A stretch of DNA of 64,000 nucleotides from Iphione sp. A-MEVVRFRX5 (lineage: Eukaryota): assembly GCA_976226885.1 (NCBI GenBank), contig OZ320316.1:12028001-12092000 (forward strand). Reading direction: 5' to 3'. Below, one piece after another: positions 38,701 to 50,700 of this stretch. Within the stretch, counting starts at the first letter, position 1, and every line of letters begins with the position of its first letter. The notes below the pieces were generated by a model. That model was not told where the DNA came from. It saw only the letters and a list, made by a program, of their open reading frames with translations, and searched no databases. The position numbers were made by a program, and so were the translations under genes.

Positions 38701-41700
38701 ACAATTTGGGGCTAGTGTTGGTAGTCTTATCGAAAATTCATGTGAAAATAAGAGATATATGTAAACATCATACAGCACATAATAGTCTGGAAGGTCTAGG
38801 AAGAATTTTTTTTTTGGACATAGCATCAATATAAATCAGCATCTTATACAGTATCCCCTTAGACTAAGACAACCTCTCTAATCAGACCTCCTCTCTAATA
38901 TGACCACTTTTAAGGAACAGAATTACATACATGTATAGAAATACCCCTCTCTAATAAGACCACTCCCTATTCAGACCACTTTAGGTCAGAACCATTAGTG
39001 GTCTCATTAGCAAGGTGACACTGTATACAGACTAACAGCCGGTAAATGAGACTGGAGTTAGAACTTCGTGTACATGGTTAAGAGCCGAAGGAAACATACT
39101 ATGGCATGGTTTAAGTCATAGAAAAAAGCTGGGAAAATATCTCAGTGTGTATTTTTATAACCCAGTGTCATGAAAAAACTGATATAAGAGAAAAAAGCTG
39201 GGAAAATATCTCAGTGTGTATTTTTATAACCCAGTGTCATGAAAAAAACTGATATAAAACAAGAGTATGGACCTGCAAGGTCTATTGTCCCGCCATCAAC
39301 TGCCCATTTCATGCTTTAATGCACCTTCCTTGGTGGGTGAGTGTGGGTAAGACTGTGTGAAAGTGTCTATGTAACTACAAGGTGGTGGTGGTAGAAGAGG
39401 GAATTGGTGAGCATTTGTGTGCATTTGTGTGTGAGTGCATTGTCAGACTTAGAAATCTCCAAACAAGGTATGTATGTTTGTGGGTGTGTTTACATAGCTT
39501 CACCTTTAGAATATTTGAATTATTACCAAAATTACTTAGTTCCATGGGACCTATGTACATAAGTATTAAATATCAAAATTAATTCATTTGACTGAAAGGT
39601 TAGAGTCATAAGACCCACAAGAGTGTGATGGAAGGTCAGACAGTCAGACAGCAGTATTCCTAAAACCCCCCTTTCTCTATGAGGTGGGGACAATAATAGA
39701 TACACATTGGAATTCATGCATGCTAATTTGTAAACATATTAGAGATTTTAAAGAAACTTACATTTAGGTTTGACGATGTTCGAGCCATTCACGACAGGAG
39801 ACAGTGTATGACAGAGAATGGCCCCACTCACGTGACCCGTCAGCAAGACTTCGTCCTTAGAAGTGAAAAAAATAATTACATTCAATATCATTTCCCATCA
39901 TCCAGGGAGATTCATTAAATAAGAATATTCACCAGAAACATGAAAAGGGTGGTGGAGAGAAAAAAGGACAGAAGGAAGGCAGGGGGAATTTATACAGAAA
40001 GACAGTGACAACATGAATAGCAATAGAGACAACAGAATTAGACAAGAGGGGGAGAGACAAAACATTAAGGAGGAAGTTTTCCAACTTGACCAATCTGGTG
40101 ATGACAACGATGTCAGAAGACATGTACAGTTCGTAAAGTGGTGACTTCAACTTACCAGTCTGATGAAGACAGTAACAACCGAGAATGTGTACAGCTCATA
40201 AAGCAGTGACTTACGAGTCTGCTGAAGGCAGAAACATCAGTGGATATGTGCAAGTCATGAAGTGACTTTAACTTACCAGTCCGGTGAAAACAGTAACATC
40301 AGAGAATGTGTACCTGTCATGAAGTAATGACTTTTACTCACCAGTCTGGTAAAGACAGTAACATCAGAGGATGTGTACAGGTCATGAAGTGGTGACTTTA
40401 ACTTACCAGTCTGGTGAAGACAGTAACGTCAGAGGGAGTGTAGAGTTCGTACTCTAACTCCAGGCTAGGTAGGTTCCATAACTGTAGGAGGCAGGCATCT
40501 CCAAGGTCACAACGGGTCACCAACGTCTGGTGGCGCTCATCATGCTTTATGTGTGAAATCTGGGGACACCATGAAATATTGGCAGCACTTAGCTTTGTCT
40601 GCTACTTTCAAGACAAACAGCTGATAATCGGTAAGAATAATTCTTATCTAAGTGAAAACCAAATCTAACACCACACTGGACACACAGTTCTCTGCTCCCT
40701 GTCTTTGCTCTTTTGTATCTCTCTTTGGATGGTGTAAATGAAATTCAACATAGGCTGCCTTTAAGATAGGTCACTTCACAAACTCGTTTGCTAATCATAT
40801 TAAAAATGATAATTCTGTCTGTACATGTATATCTTACAATTAGACAGTAAGTGTATGGAAAATGGAAAACAATTGTGTAATTAAATACTGCCGCAAACTA
40901 TGCTCACTGTGTATTTCTAACAGAATGTAAGGCAACCAAATGTAGCAACTTAAAAAATCATTAAAAAAGCATTTGTATGATAAAACACAATAGACAAAGC
41001 AAGCCTATCCACTCACAGCATCTTTGTTGGCTCTGAACTCGAGGTAGCGCTTCCCTTTTATAAGAGGATCCATAAATAAAATTCGACCGTCCTGTAAGAA
41101 AATAATTCATCATATATAAATCATACTTCTTAAAGACAGCTGTGTCGATCAAGGACTTTTTAATATGATGGGCTGGTGGCAGGAACATTCTATTCCTTTG
41201 AATAGTTATCCTAAAAATAAGCAGCATTGTGTATTCCATGAAAATCATATAAATCAGAACAGAACGGGATATTAAGTAATAATCATTATAATTATATCTA
41301 AATTGATTCAGGTGGTGGCAGAGCACTGAATTTGTGTAATAAATTTTTGTTACGATGTTTTTGTAAGGATGGGAATGAGCCATTCGCTAGCAGTCCAAAA
41401 AAATGGGTACTATGGATATAACTTTTACTTGTCACAAAATTGTTGCAATTTTAAGCAATTTGATTGGTCAAGTCCAATTATGACATCACGAACAATAGAA
41501 AACTTATTGGTAGTACCCATTTTTTTAACTGCTGGTGATTGGCTCATTGCCTTGCTTACCAGGATAACACATTCAGGTGAGTGCAATGTCCCTGCATCTG
41601 GTTAAATTGGGAATAGCCGGAGTGGTTCAATCATATCCTCTGGGGTTTTTTTTCAACACATATTAAACCAGGAACTAGATGTTCAGCTTTTTCAACTGTT

Positions 41701-44700
41701 CTTCCAGATCTTCCGGACTTAGCACACTACCATTTATTATTGAGAATTTAGAGACCAGAATATCTGAGGTTGTCCCCTACTCTTATTTCAAATAGGTTTC
41801 TGGGTTCTTTTTGTGCATAGGGGAAAGAATCCTATACACCCAAAGCCTTCATTATGAAGGTGTGCATCACTTATGTTTGAATTTGTAGCTGAAGGGACAG
41901 GAGACCCATGCACCCATAATTTTGAATGAGAACAGAGATTAAGTTCATCCTTCATTTGACTAATTACACCATGATGGAAATAGAAAAACAAATGATTTAC
42001 AGCTATTGGGGTTCCATAAAAGGCAATTGCTTCATCAGCCCGACTGGTTATGCATCTACTGTCAGTAACATTAGTTACCAACATTAATAAAATGTATCTT
42101 TTCCTTCTTACAAGTGTGTGCTATACACTATATCTGCTGTATTTGAACAATTTGACTTATTAATTTGGAACCCTACTGCATTATTGTACTGTATTTTTTT
42201 CTGAATAAACAGACATTCTCCCACTGCACTATGAGAGAGTTACACCCAGCAGTGTTCTGCATGTTGCGTGAACCAGATATTTCAGTGTGGACTTTGTTAA
42301 TGTCGAAGCCTTCCAGTGAAAGATCAATAAATGCAATACACAGACATTGGCTTTTGGTCGGCTCAACTGAGGTTTTACACACACACACACACATACACAC
42401 ACGCCCCCCACACAAACACACATATATGCTGATATTCAGCAGTAGACTTATTCCAATCACCCCCAATGTCCTTCTTCCTTTACACAACAGATCATATGAT
42501 GGATAATCAGACTTACCTCCAACTCCAGGAGAAGGTAGAGATGCTGAATGGGGCAGCATATGCCTTTCTCTATCCACACAGCTGTAGGGGAGCAGCAGTG
42601 GACTTATTCCAATGACCCCCAATGTCCTTCCTCCTCTACACAACAGATCATGCGATGGACAATCAGACTTACCTCCAAACCCAGGAGAAGGTAGCGATGC
42701 TGAATGGGGCAGCACATTCCTTCCTCTGTCCACACTGCCGCAGGAGAGTTGAGGTAACACACACAGCGACACTCAGTGATGGCTTCGTTACCCAATCCCT
42801 CCAGAGTGGCTCGATGAAATCCTCCTTTCCCACCAAAAACTGCACTACTTGGCCTGAGAAAAATACAGGAGAGAGCAATTAATAGGGCAACCCAGTGAAA
42901 AAAAGCTACCTGGGTTCTCTTTGTAGCTAGTATGATTGGTAAGTATATGACTTTACATGAACTATTGTTACAAACGTGCAATGCACTGTAGCTACTGACT
43001 TAATGCTATAGGAATCACCGTTAATGTTTAATATTAGACCAATGAGTGCTGGTTTAAATTATATACAGGTTAGATAATAATCAGTGATAAATAAGCTAAT
43101 GAGACACATTTTGATGGAAAAATGCCATACAATTTGCAAATTTACAATTTGGATGTTAAATCAGATTTCAAATACCCCTTTTTGACATTAAGAAGGAGAA
43201 AAATAGATCAATTATTCAGGTGGCTTATTGAATTTTCATTAAAAAACGTATGTAATAGATAAACTGCTACACAAACAGTGTTAAGGCTCAAAGAGCAGGT
43301 CATGATTGGATGTCTTAGTGGGTGAGCAGTTTACACAAACTCACGAACTACAGTAGCAACTCACCTTGTGAGCAACTCGACTACGAGGGCAACTCAGGGT
43401 TGAGGGCACATGGGATATTTCTTATAATATAACCAACTCAGGTAGGAGGGGCAACTCACAGATAGGGGCAAATTTGTCTGGTCCTGTTGGTGGTCTTAAT
43501 TCTGAGTTGCTACTGTACTGATAAGACACACATTAACAGCATGGTGAAGCAAGTAGTTCACCAGACAGGCACACAACACAGTACACTTCAACTAGTGATC
43601 AGTACTCTAAAGAGCTGTAACTAGAGCTTCTCCGGGTTGCTTTCTAAAAACAGTTTCCTCGGAATAAGGGCAGGCATTACAACTAATGTAATGCTGCCCA
43701 TGGTAAAAAAAACTTCAACAAGCGAACAGGAGGGCAAAGACCTAAAATGTTTAAAGAAATTCTACAGAGTTAACAGCATCAAATCTAAGTCACTGATTAT
43801 TTCAGGTAAGCTAATGCAAAATTATCACCAGATATCAAATTTACTGAATCACAAGGTCATACTCACTTGGCCCTCACCGGGCGTGTTGCAAACTTCAATG
43901 TTTTTCTTATAAGTTTAATTAAACTAAGAATTAGGATTTTCACGTGTTGAAAACAAAGGCTTCCTCTAACCTAAAGCTATTAGCATACTTGATTACACAG
44001 CTTTCTTCAGGCCTGAGAGATCGCTACTTGAATAACTGACTGGAATTATATTGTGTCTCTTACTGGTAAGATCAACAAGGGTGTGTTATATGATATTGAA
44101 ATATGGACTTTTTAAAAATCGACAATATATGGTTTGTTAAACAAAAAAGATCAATTCTTATGGACATCTGTCAGGAGGACCATTTCATGGGAGTTATAAG
44201 AAATAATACACAGTTTTTTTTTGCAAACGCACAAGAATTTACATCAAAATGAAATATAAAATGGGTCATCATAGTCAGTACTGGGTGGTGCATAAAAATT
44301 CCTATGTCTTACCGTCTTGTAGTCAGTTTTGTACTTTGGGAGAATAACAAATAGGAAATAGGGCAAATATACCTAAAAGCAAGTTGTAAGGGCACCTTCG
44401 GCAAGTACTCGATTTACCAATACTGTGAGACACTTGAAACTTGCAGAGGAAACGAAGATAAAAACTGAAAAATTTTAGTCTTTCCCATGGATTGATCTCA
44501 TTAGACAACATCTATATGGAGGGATATACACCTGAGGTGTTCTTTAAAATCATGGTTTCTCCATTGGTTCGGTCTCTCCTCTGTGATCTGGCCTTTAATG
44601 GAGGGATTGCCAAAGTGACAGCCACACCGTTACTATGTATATGTTAACCATTTCTTCAGACAATGTCTGGAATTACAGCAAGCTGATTGGTCGATTCTCA

Positions 44701-47700
44701 TTCTGACATCATGATTAGTAAAAGTTATATCTGTAGTACCCATTTATTCAACCATCGGCGATTGGTTCATTGGGTCTCCGCTCTTTATCACACAGGTATT
44801 CACAGGAGTAAGTTTGTGGGAGAAATGGAATGTTCAAGAATATCTAAGTTCAATTTGAGGTAAAGTTTTTTATAATAAATATATGACCTCTTTAATGTAC
44901 TGTTTTAGTATACATAAGGGAACTGCCTTGACTATTCTGTCAAACCAAATGTAATCCTTCTCTTTGTAGTTGATGTATTTCGGCAACTCTCACAGAGAAG
45001 TGTACCAGAATGTATTCTCTGGAAATCAGGCTTAAATTTGATATCTTAAATCTTTTCTGTATGCTGGGTCAAGGGGACATCAGAAGCCTGTAGTAATTTT
45101 TTTAGTATGAAAACATAATTCCTTGCTATAGTTTTTAATAGTCCCAGAAAATACCACTGATGCACATTTTGTGAGAATTGCCCATTTACATTTGCTATTG
45201 ATCCCATTGAACATCCAAACTTTGGAAACTGCCTCATCGACGCAAAATGTTGGATGAATAAATTATCTCTTATCTTATCTTATGACAACATGGTAGAGCC
45301 ATAATCATCTGAAATTTTTCCTCCTATTTCTAACGTGGAGAACTGCTTCAAACGACTGTTGGGTTGTATATTTTTTTTTAAAAATCAAGCTTATTCACAT
45401 ACAGTGGACTGAGGCACCTACTTAGTGGAATAATTTAGATTTACACTCCCATAGTGTATATTTTTTTCAGTTCTGAATGGAATTTTTTTTCTTTTATGAG
45501 GCTTTACTATAAAATGTGAATCGGTAGAATTTTACCTAACTACACAACTATACAAGTTCGATATCAAAACTGAGGTGTGAATAACTACACATGATTAAAG
45601 CATGCATGTGTAATAAACAATTGAGCTTGAATGTAAATATGGTTCAGTTCAATCGTAAATTATTAATAAAGTACTGGACTTTAGTTACCCATCTTCTCAT
45701 TTTAAGCATTAATAATAAGAAAACGATATTTAATAAGAAATAGATATTTACACCAGAAAGGGTGGTTTTCATAGAGTGGAAATTTAATTCTTAGGCTACT
45801 TGCACAGGATAATTGTTCATGCGGATAGCTGATTGATGTGTTGACTACATGAAATATATGTACAGTCAGATACCACAATGCAGATATCCCTTGGTTCTGA
45901 CCCAAACTGTCTGGAGATCTGGTCATTTCCGCATTGTGACTTGAAAATGAACTAAATCATACAGAATCTGTTCTTTGCTGAACTATCTTGAAGTCTACTA
46001 ATGTCTGTCTTTCTTGCGGTATTTGACTGTACATTTAAATATAAGAGATAAAATCATTAAGGCCAAGAGCTGGATGCGCCAAGTGGTAATTTGATTAACT
46101 AATATATGCTGACAGAAATTGTTTTGCTTATCACTCAAGAACTATTAACCCCAGAAACTTGTACCATAATTTATCCTATTCTCTTCCTTATGTCATAGGC
46201 ATTCATTTGTGTTTTATATTAACATTACAGAACATTACTATGAGTAATTGCATCAAATTAAGCTATGATATGATTTTGTGGAAAAAGTCACATTGAAAAC
46301 ATATATTTTTATGTCATCTTGATCAATATATATATTTAAGCTTAAATATAATTTTAAACAGAAATTGTTTGTCAAGTTTTGTGCTTATGATAAGAATTGT
46401 CTCCAGAACGACTGCTTTTGTGTTCTCTGGCCATTTACTTCAATGGTACTCTATCAGCATCACTTTGAGAGTCACTGCTGGATAAATGAGCATTGATACC
46501 CCAACAGTTTTTTCACATCTGAATTAGAAATGATGCATAGAATAAATATTTAAGTTACAAGAAAATTCGTTGTCTACTTATTTTTATGCCACCTCCAGCT
46601 CTTGGCCTTAATGTAATAGAGAAGAGCTTTAATACAGAGATCTTAATTCATATTTATCTACCACATCCAAAAACTTATATTATACATCATAAATATGTAC
46701 ATATACATGAAACACTTTATAACTATAAATGTATTCTTTGCTGTGATAAATGCTATATTTATGGTGCTGAACCTTGTTAGTACCCATTAATGATAAAAAC
46801 TCTACTTGAAATCGGCACTAGCCCCTAAAGGACTGTTTCCCTCAATCATTATTTCACAGTTAAGCTTTTTCTAAGTAAACAGCCTTAGACTAGACCGAAT
46901 CTGCCACGGCCTTAACACTAATATCAGCCACAAAACTTATCTTAAGCTAAAGGCTTGGGCCTGTATATGATGTTATGAGACATGTGCTTACATAAGTTTG
47001 AAAATAACATTAACTGCGGTAACCAAAATGATGCCTCTTTATTTCCTTTACTATTTTCAATCTTCCTTGTATCAATATGAGACAGTATAACTTCCTTTTA
47101 TCAATATGAGACAGTATAACTTCCTTTTATCAATATGAGACAGTATAACTGTAGTGTAAACAGCTTTCCTGCTTTTATCATTCTTATGAGATTTTATCCA
47201 TACTTTGAAAAACGTCTCTAAGAGGTAAAATGTTGGATGAATACAAATCTATCTTATCTTATGAGAAAAGTAAGAAATTCATTTCGATACCTCTTATCAT
47301 TAGCATCCTTTCCCTGTTTCTCCTTCGTTTGTACTTCTGTGAGTAGCTTTGTCTGAATGTCGAGGAGATCCCAGACTGCCATCCGGCAAGCAGGATCACT
47401 CCTGCAAGAGGAAAACAAGAGGAAAAGGCTGAGGGTAAGTAATTGTGGAGGGCTGGGGAAAGGGAGGGTTACGAGGTGGTCTTTTGATGTTCACGTGTTA
47501 TCTGTACCCGGACAAAGTTCCACCAGTGCATGAAAAGGGAAGTCACTCTTATTTTATGGACCATACCCATCTGTACCCGGACAAAGTTCCGCCAGTGCAT
47601 GAAAAAGGAAGTTACTTTTATTTTATGGACTATACCCATCTGTACCCCGACAAAGTCTTGCCAGTGCATGAAAAAGGAAGTCACTCCTATTTTATGGATC

Positions 47701-50700
47701 ATACCCATCTGTACTCAGACAAAGTTCCGCAAGTGCATGAAAAAGGAAGTCACTCTTATTTTACAGACTATACCCATCTGTACCTGGACAAAGTTCCGCC
47801 AGTGCATGACAAAAGGAAGTCACTCTTATTTAATGGACCATACCCATCTCTGCATGTTTTACACACCGTGGGGCATGAGCTATGTGTTGATTGGTTGAGT
47901 ACCAGTTTTGACACACCCAGATAGGTGTCTGTCATACATAATAATAATTTGATTCTCTACCAAATGAAGTTCTCTCCAATCCCCCTGGGGTCTCTATGTA
48001 TATTGTCTAAGCATGCATGGGAAGGGCTATTCTGTGTTGTGCATGATGGTGCGTACTTTTAGGATCCAAAAATGCGGCCGTGCGTACTTGACGTACACAC
48101 GAAAAGACCGCCTTACTGTTGTTTGTGTATGTTTTCCTGTTTTGGATTTAAACCTGCATATACTCAGTTGACCCTCTTTTTCTGAATTAACTGAAGAGAT
48201 GTGGGGATGTATGGGTGGGGAGCTCACAAAAAGACCCCAGAAACCTATTCAAAATAAGAGTAGGGGGCAACCCCAGGTATTCTGGTCTCTCAATTCACAA
48301 TAATAGATGGTAGTTTGTTACCCCAGGATGATAGGTGAATATATTAGTAGAGAAGATGAACTTACCTTAAGTGAAATCTAAACAGAATTTTGATTATAAT
48401 ATATGCCCACTAGGGGGCATCTGTGGTAGTCACGTGGCTCAGCCTGGACACGTCAGTTGTTGAAAGAGATTTACCTGAAAATACAAGCGAAAAAAGGTAA
48501 AAATTTCAAAAGGGCAGGGAAAACCCACAAAGGGAGGGCACAGATGCCCCCTAGTGGGCATATATTATAATCAAAATTCTGTTTAGATTTCACTTAAGGT
48601 AAGTTCATCTTCTCTACTAATTCTAATTCAATATATGCCCACTAGAGGGCTTCCGTGAGACTTTAAAAAACCTTTTGGAGCTAGTATTTGAAGGAACCAA
48701 CCTTAAGCAATATCTTTCAAATAGAAGGTCTTAAACGTGCTGGCATTTGACCACATTCCCTTCTTCATAATATCGTTAATAGGAACACCCATCTTAGACA
48801 ACTTAGACACAGACGCAGAACGTGTTGAATGGGCAGTAAACTTAGAAATATCAATTCCAGCCATAGAAAGCACCTCTTTAGTCCACCTGGAAAGAGTAGC
48901 TGTGGACACAGGGCGGTGAGGAGGCTTAAAGCTAATGAAAAGTTGATTAGCAGTACCCCTCAAAGCAGCAGTAACAGAGATATAAGATTTAAGGCATCTT
49001 AAAACACAAATTGAAGGATGTTTAGTAAAGGGATGAAGAAACATTTTAGAAGCAGGACGGCCTTTCCTGGAATGTTTAAGGGTTGAAGAAAAATTAATTT
49101 GGACAGATCCATCAGCTAGAAAATGAATGTTAGGGATGTTAACAGACTGGATGGTTTGGAGCCTGCCACAGGATGCTAAGAGCATAAGAACTAGGCACTT
49201 CTGGGTAAGTTTCTTAAGGGACAAAGACTTGTTTGGCTTCCACCCCCTTAGAAACTCCAAAACTAACTGAACATCCCAAACATAATTAAGGCGGGCTATA
49301 GGCGGTCTAAGGTTGAAAAAACCTGAAAGAAGCCTGACGGTATCTGGATGTTTCCCAAAAGCAACACCATCATACTTAGGAAGAACAGCAGAAAGAGCAC
49401 TCCGTGCTGTATTTAATGCACTGTACCTAACTCCCTTATTAAACAGATTCAACAAAAATTGCAAAGGCTGACGCAACTGTGGATACAAAGGATCCCATCC
49501 TTTAACAAAACACAAAGTATTCCACCTATTCAAATAGGAGTCATAAAGCAAGCGAGTTTTAGACCTCCAAGACTGGAAAATAATATCCTTAACAGACTTA
49601 GACAAGCGTTTTAAGTCTACAGCCGCCCTCAAAAGAGAAGCGCCATAATTTCGATAGGCGCCATTGCTGGGCGCTGCTTGTGATCTAACAGGTTGAAGGG
49701 ACTTCTTGGGAACACCATAGGCTGGCAAGACGTCATGCTGAGGGCTTTGCTGTACCATGGACGGTTTGGCCATTTTGGAATGACAAGGACAGCACGAAGT
49801 GGTGGTCTGAAGGCCAGCTTCTGCAGACACCTAGGAACAAGAGAAAATGGTGGACACAAATAAGGAAAAGGTAGAGTTGACCAATCCAAAGAAAACGCAT
49901 CTACAAACTCAGCACCCGGATCAGGGTACCAACTTACATACCTAGGTAACTGAGCATTCAACCTAGAAGCAAACAAATCAACTGTTGGCAAACCCCAACT
50001 GGCTGCAATCTCCTGAAAAAGAACAGGATTAAGTTTCCACTCCAGATTATCTTTAAATTTGCGAGAAGCATAATCCGCAGACGAGTTGTAGACTCCTGGA
50101 ATATAAAAAGCCTTCAACAAACAACTCCTTTCTTCCAGAAACAGCCAAATTCTCTTTGCAATTGCACGACAAGGAGGCGACTTTGTGCCCCCCATATGGT
50201 TGATGTAGGCAATTGCCGTAGTATTATCTGAGAAAACAAATATAGTCTTTGACCAGGAGTTCCTGAAAAAACTCTTAAGCGCTAGGAAAATGGCCTTAAT
50301 CTCCAACACATTAATATGTAACCCACATTCTTCAGGGAGCCAGCGACCACCTATAGACTGACCCTGGAAGGTTGCGCCCCACCCAAACTCGGACGCATCT
50401 GAAGAAAAAACATAATGTGGGTGCAAAGGCAATATTGACTTTTCAATCTGCGGCAAATTGGTTAACCACCAACACAGCTCAGCACGTGCCAGTACTGAAA
50501 GAGACATACAATCATCATACGAAACTTGACGTAAAGCCAAATTCCTCTCTGCCTCCAACACCCTAATATGATTTCTGCCATAAAGAGAGGCCCGGCTGAC
50601 ATCAACAAGCAAACCAATAACTCTGGCCACTTTCCTGACATACAAAAAATCAAAATGAAACAAAGAGGTAATTGCCTCTGAAATTTTGGAAACACGGACC

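Noticed and set aside
42669-42878. Frame GQVVQFLVGKEDFIEPLWRDW for E9
   Set aside because: It is phase-incompatible with E8 (out 2) and E10 (in 0); the other frame gives a continuous RYLLLGLE-DGRI WD motif.
47445-47924. 159-aa ORF with 23-aa repeats (YPDKVPPVHEKGSHSYFMDHTHL)
   Set aside because: This is the translation of a 69-bp intronic minisatellite; several frames and both strands are open.
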